Below are positions 9,131 through 19,207 of a DNA stretch of 64,000 bases, in pieces; position 1 is the first letter of the stretch; every line of letters begins with the position of its first letter. The notes under the pieces are model-generated. The model had not been told where the DNA came from and searched no databases. It worked only from the letters and a program-made list of their open reading frames with translations. A program made the position numbers and the translations under genes. This DNA is from an uncultured Ruficoccus sp. Lineage in GTDB: Bacteria; Verrucomicrobiota; Verrucomicrobiia; Opitutales; Cerasicoccaceae. The stretch spans positions 1 to 64,000 of the forward strand of contig OZ223517.1 of the NCBI GenBank assembly GCA_965140785.1, given 5' to 3'.

Positions 9131-9802
9131 ATGCCCATGAAACGCCACCGCCACGGATTTACCTTGATCGAACTTCTTGTCGTGATGGGTGTTATCATCA
9201 TCCTTGCTAGCCTGACAGTCGGCATTCAGCGCTATGTCTATTCTATGCAGTCCACTACCAAGGCCCGAGCGGATCTGCATGCCATTGCCACCGCTCTGGA
9301 GACGTACAAAATGAAGTACGGAGACTATCCGTGGCTCGGCTCGGCCAACGATTCCAAGATCAGTGACGGCTTGGCCTCAGACACTTCGGGCGATCTCTAC
9401 CTGGTCCTGACCGGGCAGAAGGTATTTGTTAGGGATGGCGTTGACGAAGCAGGGAAGCCCAAATGGAAGATGGGCAACAACTCCGGCACACAGGTGCCGT
9501 TCCTCGCTCCGAAACTCCTCTCGGTAACCGAAGTCAATGGCGTTTCCTATATCGTGGACCCATGGGGGAATCCGTACAAGTATTCCTACAAGTCAGGCTC
9601 AAAGGATACATCGTGGCAAAGCGCGGGCTTCACCCTCATCTCCATGGGACCGGACGGAAAGGTAACGGACTCGATTTTTAATCGAGTCAAAGTCGGAGAC
9701 ATGCCTACCGAGGCTGAATTCCGCGCCGAGACAGAGGCACTCAAAGACAAAACGCCAGATACCTGGCCCAGCTTTGACGACGTTGTTTACGGCATGCAGT
9801 AG
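9131..9802 (+). CDS. GspG-like pseudopilin 3
   Basis: HG|FTLIELLVVMGVIIILA; LETYKMKYGDYP, DPWGNPYKY and LISMGPDGK motifs. Confidence 0.9.
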   Translation: MPMKRHRHGFTLIELLVVMGVIIILASLTVGIQRYVYSMQSTTKARADLHAIATALETYKMKYGDYPWLGSANDSKISDGLASDTSGDLYLVLTGQKVFVRDGVDEAGKPKWKMGNNSGTQVPFLAPKLLSVTEVNGVSYIVDPWGNPYKYSYKSGSKDTSWQSAGFTLISMGPDGKVTDSIFNRVKVGDMPTEAEFRAETEALKDKTPDTWPSFDDVVYGMQ

Positions 9803-9867
9803 CAAGCATCCCTCGGAAGAGTCTAACCAGCGACAGAACCACACGGACATCCTACCTTTCTAACGCG

Positions 9868-10632
9868 ATGAGTCTCCCCGCACACCCTTGGGACATCCCT
9901 ACCGTTGCCTTTGAAAACAGCCAGGCGCTCGCAGACCACAAGTCAGATCGTATCGTGCGTTTTATAAGCATTTTTGTTCTTCCCCTCATCGTAGCTGCGG
10001 TGGTGGGAATCCTTGCCGGTATCCATTACCTGATGCCGGAGGAAAGCTTCATGGAGAGCTTGTTAGCGATTATCGGTTTGATCATAATCGGAGTCGGTCC
10101 CTTTCTTCTTGGTCTTGTTGAAATCGGGCTTATTTGGTCTGTCACCTTCGGCTACTGGCTCAGAATGAAAGCTGTGCGTGCACAACACTACGCAGAAAGA
10201 AAAGAACAGGTCATCCAAGCCATCGGCAACAAATTGCCCAACAATGGCCACTACTGGTGGACAACCCCCCTTAACTGGAACGAAGCCACCCTCATCTATT
10301 CCGACGGTGCCCTGGCCATCGTCAGCTTCTCGGGCAACTGGATCAGCTACATCAACGCGCAGGATGTGCGGGACATGAACGTCCAGGGAATTGAAACCGG
10401 CAGCTCCAGCCAAAGCCGGGGCTACTCAAATTCGGTTGGCGGACTCATCGGTCAGCTTTATCTGGGCACCACCCGCAGCAACATCAATACCCAGACCGTC
10501 AACCACTACGACTACATCATCGACATCTACACCCGCAGCATCGGCCACGAACACCTCATCCTCAACTACGGGGCCGACAGCAATGCCGCCAAAAAGACCT
10601 ACGCCACACTGCAAAACTGCGTCTTCAATTAA
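9868..10632 (+). CDS. Hypothetical membrane protein (N-terminal TM helices plus soluble beta-rich domain)
   Basis: Long hydrophobic segments at about aa 30-55 and 65-95; co-oriented with the pilin genes. Confidence 0.65.
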   Translation: MSLPAHPWDIPTVAFENSQALADHKSDRIVRFISIFVLPLIVAAVVGILAGIHYLMPEESFMESLLAIIGLIIIGVGPFLLGLVEIGLIWSVTFGYWLRMKAVRAQHYAERKEQVIQAIGNKLPNNGHYWWTTPLNWNEATLIYSDGALAIVSFSGNWISYINAQDVRDMNVQGIETGSSSQSRGYSNSVGGLIGQLYLGTTRSNINTQTVNHYDYIIDIYTRSIGHEHLILNYGADSNAAKKTYATLQNCVFN

Positions 10633-10899
10633 CCGAAAACCTACCGGGCCATAGACGACTAACGGCCCAAAACCGGCACTAACTAACCGTCCATTTGTTA
10701 GCCAATTTACCCAACCGGAGTATGCCTTTATACTGGCCCAGAATGGGGACGAAGTCAATCGTACAGATGTTATAGATAGTGCTTTTCAGATGGTTTACAT
10801 TTTATTTAACCTCTCTGGGAGCGACAACAACCCCCTGATTCGTTACCAGAATTCAGGCATTTTTTAACTAATACCCCAGTAGCCCTGAAATAAACCGCC

Positions 10900-13800
10900 A
10901 TGAATAGTCTGTTTACCTGGATTCCTATACACTCTGAAACAACGGCCAAACTCCTCACCTTTGCGGAAGATCGCACTCGACTGATCCATGTACTATCCGG
11001 CATGGCTGAAGCAGGCTTAATGGTGGGTAATTTGACTGATCAACCCCAAAAGGGTGTTCAGGAAGAGATGCTATCCGACGTTGATCCATTCACCTTCTTG
11101 GCGGTATTCAACCGCACGATCACAGACGACAACCGTCGATCCCTGTGGAGTTGGCTGAAATCGGCTTGGGAGCTAAAATCCGAGCTACCCAAAGATTTCA
11201 ACGGGATTCCTAGAATCTCAGCCCTGAACTTCCGGTTTATGCCTTGGCGCCATGACCAGAAAGATGGCGATTGTGAATGCTTGTGGGATTTTGCCAAACG
11301 CGCCTGCGAGCATCCCGATGCCGTCAGTAACAGCCTTTTTCAGAATGCCCTCCGGGTAAAAACGGTAGGGCTGGCCAAACTCACAATGGGACTGTACTGG
11401 ATGAAACCGGAAACGTACCTGTCGCTGGACAAAAAGAACTGTGCCAGCCTGCAAACGCTTGGCCTGAACCCAAGCGTCAATACATGGGACGAATACAAGG
11501 CTCTACTCTCAGAGTTCAAAAAGCGGTCGAAGCAAAGCATCCCCGAGTTTACTTACGCTGCTGATTCGTCCATCATCGCCCCTTTGATGGCGAAGTTCAA
11601 AAGGATTATGCCCGATTTTGTGGACTTCCAATATCCGGGAGAAAAACTCAAAGAAAACGAACTCAACTACAAGCGAAAGCTACTTTCCGATTTTCAGCTC
11701 AAGCAAGCGGATATTGAGTCAGCCTTGGATAGAGGCGACGCATTAAGTGCAATTGAGGAACTGAAATCCTTAATTGTTCCAAGTCATTTAATTAATTGGC
11801 GTACGTGGGATTTAGCTTTCGGGAATCCGATCCAAGAAAACTCAGCGCTAGCGATACTCAATTCCATTCGCCAAGTCAGCCACCAGCCCTACACCAGCCC
11901 TGATTCGCTGGCTCCGGTGTTTGACGCTATGAAAACGCATGACAGTAAGATCGGCTGGGGCTTGCTGACCATGCTGCTTTGGCTATGGAATCCCCAAGAG
12001 TATTACCTGATCCGCAGTACAGCGATAAGAAACTTCGCCAGCCAACTGGGTCATAAGCTTAAAAAGGTTTCCCCCGACCCAATACATTTCGATGAATTCA
12101 TGCAATTGGGCAAAGAAGTCCGACAATTACTCGCCCCGTGGAAACCCCATGATGATTGGGTAGACGTACAATCTTTCATTTGGGTCACGACCGTATGGGA
12201 AGATACCAGTGAAAAAACCACAGCGGACAGCCACATCTGGGTAGTCGCTCCCGGCGAAAACGCTTATCTATGGGATGAATTTTATGAAGATGGAATCATC
12301 GCTATCGGATGGGATGAACTTGGAGATTTATCAGAGTATTCCAACAGAGATGACATTCAGAAGGCACTAACATACGAGCAACCTGACAAAAATCCTCGAA
12401 ACAACAGCTTAGCCTGCTGGCAATTTGTTCATGCGATGCGCAATGGGGACTGGGTCCTCATAAAGAATGGAATGCGAGAAGTTTTAGGGATAGGGATCGT
12501 AACATCTGACTACCAATTTGACACAGACCGCGACACATACAAGCATGTGAGGACCGTAAATTGGCTTAAGCGTGGTAATTGGGATGTATCACCAATTACC
12601 TTTCCAATGAAGACACTGACCGACTACACCTCCGACACGACAAGGGTTCGTCAGGTTTTAAAACAAATGAGCGTTACACCGTTACCGCCGTTTATCTCAG
12701 ATGGTGCGATTACGGATGACCCCGGTCTGGCTCCTCCGTTTGACCGCTGTTTTTCCAGCAGAGAAGAGGCCGAATGCTTACTGGACTTGGGAGCAACGGC
12801 ACTGATGTCGCTAGGTCTGGACATGGAATCCGGGGATGACCCACGCATAGCAATCACTCTGCCCGAGACTATCGCTGGCAGCAATGGCGCATTACGCGTC
12901 AACTTCGGCAAAGCGGTAGCTTTCAGCTATCTACTGGGGACGAAGGAAGGGGCTACTTTTCAGTTCTCTTGCCGCCGTGACCTTCTTCCTGCCAATGTGG
13001 CCGATCAACGTGTAGATACAACTTTTAGCCCATGGGGAGAGGATACTTATCTACTGGTAAGAATGCCAGTCGAGTGGACAGCAGATGACCATGCACAAGA
13101 GATCATTTGCGCGTCAATGGACGGATTAAAAAAACACTTCTCGGCATGGAAAGGAACGCCTTACCGCCAGTACCATAATCCCAAATTATTCGATCTTTTC
13201 TTCGATGAGGTTCGTCGGGCCGAGTTGCTGGGCAAGGGACTACGTGATCCAATTGTAATGGACCCGGATACTGAATTAAACGAACCCTACCAGCCAGCGG
13301 ATGCATTACAGGAACTCTTCATTAGTGAGGCCGTCTATCAGCGTATGGCGACTCTGCTGCGTAGGAAAAAGAACCTGATCCTGCAAGGCCCCCCCGGAGT
13401 AGGTAAAAGTTTTCTCGCCAAGCGACTGGCCTATTCGCTCATGGGTGAAAAGGACAAAAGGCGGGTTACCATGATCCAGTTCCACCAATCATACGCTTAC
13501 GAGGACTTCATCCAAGGGTATCGGCCCAGTGGCGGTGACGGGGCCAGTTTCGAGAAAAAGGATGGAGTCTTTTACCGTTTCTGCAAACGGGCACAGGCAA
13601 ACCTCGACCAAGATTACTACTTCATCATAGATGAAATCAACAGGGGCAATCTCAGCCGTATATTTGGCGAGTTAATGCTGTTGATCGAGCACGATAAACG
13701 CGGCAGCGACTATGAACTCCCGCTTACGTACACGCCGGATGAGCATTTTCACGTTCCTCAGAACGTACATATTATAGGGATGATGAATACTGCCGACCGA

Positions 13801-14163
13801 TCCCTGGCGATGGTAGACTACGCTCTGCGTCGTCGTTTTGCTTTCATGACCCTTGAGCCAGAATTTGGTAGCAATAAGTTCAACCAACACTTATCGGCCA
13901 TGCAAGTTAGCGAAGCCGTTATTGGCCGCATATGTGAACGCATGACCTCATTGAATAAGCTGATTGCCAACGAGTCGCGTGACCTCGGGCGAGGTTTCTG
14001 TATTGGACACAGCTTCTTTTGCCCCACCAGCGTCGTCGAAGACTCAGAAATGTGGTATCAAGAGGTGATTGAATCCGAAATCCAACCGCTTTTGGAGGAA
14101 TATTGGGCAGACGGAGCCCAAGACAAGGTGGAACAAGAGATAGAAAAGCTGCGCCATGGCTAA
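10900..14163 (+). CDS. mcrB: McrB-like AAA+ GTPase with a long multi-domain N-terminus
   Basis: GPPGVGKS, QFHQSYAYEDFIQG, IIDEINRGN, MNTADRS, DYALRRRF and IGHSFF motifs. Confidence 0.92.
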   Translation: MNSLFTWIPIHSETTAKLLTFAEDRTRLIHVLSGMAEAGLMVGNLTDQPQKGVQEEMLSDVDPFTFLAVFNRTITDDNRRSLWSWLKSAWELKSELPKDFNGIPRISALNFRFMPWRHDQKDGDCECLWDFAKRACEHPDAVSNSLFQNALRVKTVGLAKLTMGLYWMKPETYLSLDKKNCASLQTLGLNPSVNTWDEYKALLSEFKKRSKQSIPEFTYAADSSIIAPLMAKFKRIMPDFVDFQYPGEKLKENELNYKRKLLSDFQLKQADIESALDRGDALSAIEELKSLIVPSHLINWRTWDLAFGNPIQENSALAILNSIRQVSHQPYTSPDSLAPVFDAMKTHDSKIGWGLLTMLLWLWNPQEYYLIRSTAIRNFASQLGHKLKKVSPDPIHFDEFMQLGKEVRQLLAPWKPHDDWVDVQSFIWVTTVWEDTSEKTTADSHIWVVAPGENAYLWDEFYEDGIIAIGWDELGDLSEYSNRDDIQKALTYEQPDKNPRNNSLACWQFVHAMRNGDWVLIKNGMREVLGIGIVTSDYQFDTDRDTYKHVRTVNWLKRGNWDVSPITFPMKTLTDYTSDTTRVRQVLKQMSVTPLPPFISDGAITDDPGLAPPFDRCFSSREEAECLLDLGATALMSLGLDMESGDDPRIAITLPETIAGSNGALRVNFGKAVAFSYLLGTKEGATFQFSCRRDLLPANVADQRVDTTFSPWGEDTYLLVRMPVEWTADDHAQEIICASMDGLKKHFSAWKGTPYRQYHNPKLFDLFFDEVRRAELLGKGLRDPIVMDPDTELNEPYQPADALQELFISEAVYQRMATLLRRKKNLILQGPPGVGKSFLAKRLAYSLMGEKDKRRVTMIQFHQSYAYEDFIQGYRPSGGDGASFEKKDGVFYRFCKRAQANLDQDYYFIIDEINRGNLSRIFGELMLLIEHDKRGSDYELPLTYTPDEHFHVPQNVHIIGMMNTADRSLAMVDYALRRRFAFMTLEPEFGSNKFNQHLSAMQVSEAVIGRICERMTSLNKLIANESRDLGRGFCIGHSFFCPTSVVEDSEMWYQEVIESEIQPLLEEYWADGAQDKVEQEIEKLRHG

Positions 14164-15205
14164 ACCAATCCCCATTGAAAACATCTACTACCTGCTTTGC
14201 TACGCTTGGGACAAGCTCGATGAAGGGGAATTGGCCGCAGCCAGCCATGAGCAATGCGAAACCCTGCAAGACCTTTTCGCAAAGGTCCTTGTCAGCGGCA
14301 CACAACGATTAATTCGTCGCGGATTCCACCGAAACTATCAGGAGAAAATCGAAGATGTACCCGCCCTACGTGGGCGCATTGCCTTTTCTCCTTCAATCCG
14401 TGGTCTGACATGGACGCGAGGGCGCATGACATGTGAGTTCACCGAGCTTAGCTATAACACGATTCCCAACCGGATTCTCAAGACAACCCTGCGCAACCTG
14501 CTCTATTGCCGGGGCATATCCATCGATAACAAAAATGGTATCGTGTCTGTCCTTCATCATCTGCACGAGGTAGAGTCTATCCGCATCAGCAAGCCCATTT
14601 TTCGACGCATTCAATATCATCAGAACATAAGTTCATATCGCTTTCTTATGCATGTCTGCGAGTTCATACACGATCAGCTTTTGCCCTCCGAAACACCGGG
14701 GGAGTCAGTTTTTCGCGACTTTCTAAGAGACGAAAAGAAAATGGCTGACTTGTTCGAGGAATTTGTGCGCAACTTTTACCGACATAAAACCGAGTTTAAT
14801 GTCGGTCGTCGCAATTACAAATGGGAAGGCTTCGAGGGGCCGGATATCTCTCGGCAAGTGCTGCCGACGATGAAGACAGATGTAGAACTTCGCGACGGGG
14901 AACGGCTTATTATCCTGGACTGCAAATACTACTCACAAGCATTGACCGCACAGTATGACACACAAAAACTTCGGTCAGCCAATCTTTACCAACTCTTTGC
15001 CTACTTAATGAATGGCCAAATTCGGGACAGCAGGGAACGAGGCCACGACACCCCCATCACAGGCATGTTACTGTACCCCGTCGTTGATGAAGCCTTTCGG
15101 CATGATTTTACTCTCCAAGGTCACCCGGTTCGTATCTGTACGCTCAACCTGAATCAACCTTGGCAAGATATTGAACAGGATTTACTGGATTCCGTAGTTT
15201 TCTAG
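14156..15205 (+). CDS. mcrC: McrC restriction endonuclease subunit
   Basis: IENIYYLLCYAW, LFEEFVRNFY, MKTDV...ILDCKYY (PD-(D/E)xK) and NLYQLFAYL motifs; overlaps the mcrB stop. Confidence 0.92.
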   Translation: MAKPIPIENIYYLLCYAWDKLDEGELAAASHEQCETLQDLFAKVLVSGTQRLIRRGFHRNYQEKIEDVPALRGRIAFSPSIRGLTWTRGRMTCEFTELSYNTIPNRILKTTLRNLLYCRGISIDNKNGIVSVLHHLHEVESIRISKPIFRRIQYHQNISSYRFLMHVCEFIHDQLLPSETPGESVFRDFLRDEKKMADLFEEFVRNFYRHKTEFNVGRRNYKWEGFEGPDISRQVLPTMKTDVELRDGERLIILDCKYYSQALTAQYDTQKLRSANLYQLFAYLMNGQIRDSRERGHDTPITGMLLYPVVDEAFRHDFTLQGHPVRICTLNLNQPWQDIEQDLLDSVVF

Positions 15206-16870
15206 CCGCATGGCTTCGGCCTCAATGAGGCGGCTGTCGTCGAACAGGTCGAGGGTGGCGCCGTTGCGGTAGTGGATGCGGATGAAGCGCTGGAGTTTCA
15301 TGTATTTGACCAACTCGCGATTGTGGGCGGCATTCCTGCCCGTCAGGCCCTGCTGGATTTGGGCACGGTCGGCAATGTAAGCTTCGTCGTCGCCCTCGAA
15401 GAAAACTTCGATTTTTGAGAATGTCCTCTCAAGTATGGCCCGGTACTTGTTGCGCAGGACGGAATCAGACCGTAGCCGGGGGCCAAGCCCTTCGTCGAAG
15501 GCGAACAGGAACATCTCCTCGTCGCTGGCACACTGACTCAGCAGGAAGCGATTGAGGGTCTGCTGACGCTCAGTGAGGCTACTTTCTAGTTCGACTAGTT
15601 GCCGTTTGAGGGATTCGGATGGGCCGACCTCAGCAATGGCCCGAGTGACATTATCAAGCTGCGATTTCAGGGTGTCGATCTCAGCCCGGATTTTATCGAT
15701 CTTGGACGCCTGCCAAGAGTCGGCCTCGTGCATGAGTTCGAGGTACTCCTCGTTGAGGGCATGAACCAGAAACAGCCTCTCGAAGTCGGCATACTCCCAA
15801 GCCATGTAGTAGTCAACCTTGCCTAATTTGCAGTACGATGGAGAGAGGTACTGCCAGCGCCCCTTATTCAAGAAGTGGACCGGACAGCCCGTGTAGGCAT
15901 CGGTCAGTAAGCCAGTGAAGAGGTTGTTGACGGTCCTGTCCTTGGCGTAGCCGCGCCTGCCGCCTTTGCCTTTGCGGCTGGCAAGGGCAGCCTGAGCCCG
16001 ACGGAAAGTTGCCTCGTCGATGACAGACGGGTAGTAGTTTTCAATCTCGACGCCGTTGGTTTTACGGCCACCGGTTTTGTCGTCGCGCCTATGCTGCACG
16101 TAGGTACCAAGCGCGGCCTTGGTGGTGAGCAGGCGCTGGACATAGCACTCCTGCCAGGCCTTGCCTCGTCCCCATACGGGTTCATTCCGCTTGTTTAGCG
16201 TATGAGTGATGGTGTAGACGCCAAAGCCATCTTCGATGCACATAGCATAGATTTCCCGGATGAGCTTCACCCGGTCCTCCAAGAGGATGAAGCGATCTTT
16301 ATCCTCGCTAAGGATCATCCACGCGGGGCATTGAGAGGTAAGGATTTCACTGCCAGCTTTTCGTTGTTTTTCGGCCCAGACCTTTCGGAGTCGGTCGCTC
16401 TTAACGGCGCTTTCTTCGTTGGCCCTGACGAATGCCAATTGAACCTCAAAAATGGCGAAGCGGGATTCGTTGAGTTCGGCCTTGTTGTAAATTTTCGCTG
16501 GGGGCTGAGAGACCCCAATGTCCACGTAGTCGATGATCTCCAAGAACAAGGTCGTGGCCTCAACAATCTGCTGCCGGGACAAGCGGTCCAGATTCTCGAC
16601 GATGAGAACGCTTCCACGCTCGACCTTGCCTTCCTGGCAGGCTTGCAGAAAGGCACGCAGATTCCCGGCGTGAGCGTTTTTGCCCCGAAGGGCTGACACG
16701 CCAAGATCCTGATACGTCTCCGTACTCAACTCCAAGTTGAACCGCTCACAAAAGTCCTGAGCGGCTTTGGTCTGGCGTCTCAGGCTGTCGCCCTGTTCCT
16801 GTTTTTTGGATGAAAAGCGGATGTAGGAATACGCCTTCCGTTTTGGTTTTGTCGTCGTTTTTGTTTCCAT
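15182..16870 (-). CDS. Large serine recombinase
   Basis: AYSYIRFSSKKQEQGDSLRRQ, LIVENLDRLSR, recombinase domain ending YYPSVID and a coiled coil; start at 16870 preferred because of the promoter motif. Confidence 0.9.
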   Translation of the reverse strand: METKTTTKPKRKAYSYIRFSSKKQEQGDSLRRQTKAAQDFCERFNLELSTETYQDLGVSALRGKNAHAGNLRAFLQACQEGKVERGSVLIVENLDRLSRQQIVEATTLFLEIIDYVDIGVSQPPAKIYNKAELNESRFAIFEVQLAFVRANEESAVKSDRLRKVWAEKQRKAGSEILTSQCPAWMILSEDKDRFILLEDRVKLIREIYAMCIEDGFGVYTITHTLNKRNEPVWGRGKAWQECYVQRLLTTKAALGTYVQHRRDDKTGGRKTNGVEIENYYPSVIDEATFRRAQAALASRKGKGGRRGYAKDRTVNNLFTGLLTDAYTGCPVHFLNKGRWQYLSPSYCKLGKVDYYMAWEYADFERLFLVHALNEEYLELMHEADSWQASKIDKIRAEIDTLKSQLDNVTRAIAEVGPSESLKRQLVELESSLTERQQTLNRFLLSQCASDEEMFLFAFDEGLGPRLRSDSVLRNKYRAILERTFSKIEVFFEGDDEAYIADRAQIQQGLTGRNAAHNRELVKYMKLQRFIRIHYRNGATLDLFDDSRLIEAEAMRLENYGIQ

Positions 16871-16975
16871 GAAGCTAGTGTACCTCATGAAGGAGGTTTA
16901 CGTCGGCTTCAGCCTGGGCAAAAATCAGGCACAGCTAAAATAACTGTGCCTCACGATGGGAATTGGCCTCGGGGC

Positions 16976-17650
16976 TTATATATCATGCCCCAAATCCTTG
17001 CTGCGGGAAGGAGGGGGCAATTCCGTACTGTACGATATCCGCCGAAGAATGCTCTTACCGCGAAGACTCTGCTGGGGGTCGCAGAAGTGAGGCCGAATGG
17101 CAGTCGCCCCAAACCGGTTATCCGGCATCAGGCCGCAGTAGCCGGACCTCCTCACACTGTAGTGACGGGGCGGATACTTCACATCTGCCCATTTTTCAAA
17201 CACCTCCTCAAGCTCTGACATTTTCGCAGACACTTCAAAGGTCACATGGGCAAAGACAAATCGCAGTGAAGCACGCGTAAAAGCAATCGCCAGCAGGCCC
17301 GTCGATGGCCAGCAATACCACTCCATGGCCGTCTCAAAGAGCAGCCACCCGGCAGGAACAAAAGACTGGTATGGCGTCGATTTCACAACCCCTTTGGGAA
17401 GGCGCTTGCCCCGGCGAATGTTGTTCGCCTGCCACGCCAAAGGTGCTCTCGGAGTTTGGGGAACGACACTGATCTTCCGACACTGCCCATTAAGCAGGTC
17501 GATGACGCAGTGGTGAAGGCCACGGCCTTCGACGAGCAGAGAATCGCCCGGCGTCAGGAAGGCCACCGTTCGGTTGGCATAGACGAAAGGGACCAGCGCG
17601 TTCGGAAAAATGTGCGTGGTGCCGATGGAAAGCGGATGTTCAAAGGGCAT
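16976..17650 (-). CDS. Hypothetical protein
   Basis: ORF overlapping the stop of the upstream mob-operon gene; no recognisable motif. Confidence 0.4.
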   Translation of the reverse strand: MPFEHPLSIGTTHIFPNALVPFVYANRTVAFLTPGDSLLVEGRGLHHCVIDLLNGQCRKISVVPQTPRAPLAWQANNIRRGKRLPKGVVKSTPYQSFVPAGWLLFETAMEWYCWPSTGLLAIAFTRASLRFVFAHVTFEVSAKMSELEEVFEKWADVKYPPRHYSVRRSGYCGLMPDNRFGATAIRPHFCDPQQSLRGKSILRRISYSTELPPPSRSKDLGHDI

Positions 17651-18107
17651 AGGTCAAAGCTCCTTTCTGGGACTCTGAGTGAGCCTCGTCATTGCTGGCG
17701 TCGGGCCAGAACAAAACAATCGCCGCGACAATCAGCCCAATGACGGCAAGGGCACAGCCCATCTTGACTTTGAAGATGAGCAGCTTCTCTTTGATGCGCT
17801 GGTCAACATCTGCCTCGGTAAGTTGTTGTGGCGTGGGAGTGGGCTCCGGCCTCGATTGCTCCAGTATCTGCGTGATCTTCTGCTGGCCATCAGCCAGTGA
17901 ATCGATCTGAGTACGGTGCTGTTCTTGCGCCTCTTCCTGACTGGTAACTTGACGGACGAGAACGGCCTCCCGCTGCGCCATTTCGCCAAGCTCCTGCACG
18001 ATTTTTTGCATGAGAACGTCGGGAACATCCGGCCCCGCGTTTGCTTGCTGGTGGATATCCTCGATACGTCGCTGGATATTATCGTCGCCCATTAGAGTCT
18101 CCTCCAT
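17640..18107 (-). CDS. Coiled-coil protein with C-terminal TM helix (MobB/MbeB-like accessory protein)
   Basis: Gln/Glu-rich coiled coil followed by GCALAVIGLIVAAIVLFW; immediately downstream of the relaxase. Confidence 0.6.
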   Translation of the reverse strand: MEETLMGDDNIQRRIEDIHQQANAGPDVPDVLMQKIVQELGEMAQREAVLVRQVTSQEEAQEQHRTQIDSLADGQQKITQILEQSRPEPTPTPQQLTEADVDQRIKEKLLIFKVKMGCALAVIGLIVAAIVLFWPDASNDEAHSESQKGALTYAL

Positions 18108-19207
18108 ACATGCTTAGCCCGGTAGAACGGGGGTGGTGAGGCGAAGGCATCATCGATGTCGTCAAGTCCGTCCAGCAGACCTGAAGCGATACCAAGGAAG
18201 GTTTTCTTGAGTGCTTTTTTCATCTTTTCTTTCTGGTTGAGGTTAAAATGGATTGCAGGGTTTCGATCTGCGTGAGCTGCACATCCAGCAGCATTTCTAA
18301 GTTCTGGTTGAGCCGCTGCACCTGCTGGTGAAGCTCGGCCAAGCGCTCCGACTGTTCGGCCAGTGGCTCCTTCAGGGCGTTTTCCAGTTCGCGGGTTAAC
18401 GCCTCGATCCAAGCGGGAATCTGAGCGGCAGGGGTGAGAGTGGTGAGTTTTTCCATAAAAGTTGATCGTTCGGTTCAGCCGCGAAAGGGGCATACCCAAA
18501 CGGGTGCCCGTGAAAAAGATGGGGCTACCAGCCTCTCCGAAGGACACGCCGACACGGTGGCCGTCCTGCCCCCAACGCCAGCGGACAGTGATGCCCTGAC
18601 GCTGGCAGCGTTTGATAAAGTCGGCATGGTCACGGGCCAGATAGGCGTTGGCCCGAACCTGCTCCGCAAGTATGAGCTTTTGCGGGACCGGGTGGGTACG
18701 TTTCCCCTCCCGGTAAAGACGATCTGAGCATTCAAGCTCGTCTTTGTTCACGCGGAGACGCTGCGAATGCTGGGCGGTCTGGCCCAAGCTGTAATCCTTT
18801 TCCGCCTGCTGGCAAAGTGCCCGCATCCGGTGCCTGTCATTGCTGGTGGATACAGCTTTTCCATTGAGCTGAATCCGATTGCCGACAACATGGACATGCT
18901 CACAGTCGGTGTCGTAGTGGCGGATCACTACATACTGCTCAAAGCCGTACTCAGAGGCGACACCGTGAGCGAAGTCAGCCCACTGGTCAGCGGTGAGCGT
19001 TTCGCCCTTGGCCAGTGAAAATGCAAGGTGCGCAACGGGCTTCTTGCATCGGGTGTTGAGCGCCGCCAACAGACCAAACTCCCCGATCATGCTGTTCGGG
19101 TCGCGAGCGGTTAGATTGCCCCCAACTAACTCAGGAGACTTGTCCCGCTTCATCGCATACCCAACCACACGGGCGAACGACTCGCGGTAGTTGATCCGAG
19201 CAATCAA
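18092..19207 (-). CDS. Relaxase / mobilization nuclease (MOB_P, VirD2/MbeA-like)
   Basis: N-terminal VVGY, HLAFSLAKGE and HUH motif RHYDTDCEHVHVVGNRI. Confidence 0.9.
   Translation of the reverse strand: MIARINYRESFARVVGYAMKRDKSPELVGGNLTARDPNSMIGEFGLLAALNTRCKKPVAHLAFSLAKGETLTADQWADFAHGVASEYGFEQYVVIRHYDTDCEHVHVVGNRIQLNGKAVSTSNDRHRMRALCQQAEKDYSLGQTAQHSQRLRVNKDELECSDRLYREGKRTHPVPQKLILAEQVRANAYLARDHADFIKRCQRQGITVRWRWGQDGHRVGVSFGEAGSPIFFTGTRLGMPLSRLNRTINFYGKTHHSHPCRSDSRLDRGVNPRTGKRPEGATGRTVGALGRASPAGAAAQPELRNAAGCAAHADRNPAIHFNLNQKEKMKKALKKTFLGIASGLLDGLDDIDDAFASPPPFYRAKHVWRRL
18220..18456 (-). CDS. MbeD/MobD-like coiled-coil protein nested out of frame within the relaxase gene
   Basis: ATG-started 78-aa heptad-repeat ORF (LAELHQQVQRLNQNLEMLL) lying within the low-complexity relaxase tail. 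Confidence 0.6.
   Translation of the reverse strand: MEKLTTLTPAAQIPAWIEALTRELENALKEPLAEQSERLAELHQQVQRLNQNLEMLLDVQLTQIETLQSILTSTRKKR

Noticed and set aside
7680..9220. Pilin shufflon or antigenic-variation cassette
   Set aside because: All three pilins are full-length and co-oriented; their N-termini differ at many synonymous sites; no flanking recombination repeats were seen.
10744..10762. GGGGACGAAGTCAATCG as a degenerate tRNA att copy
   Set aside because: The similarity is too weak to support.
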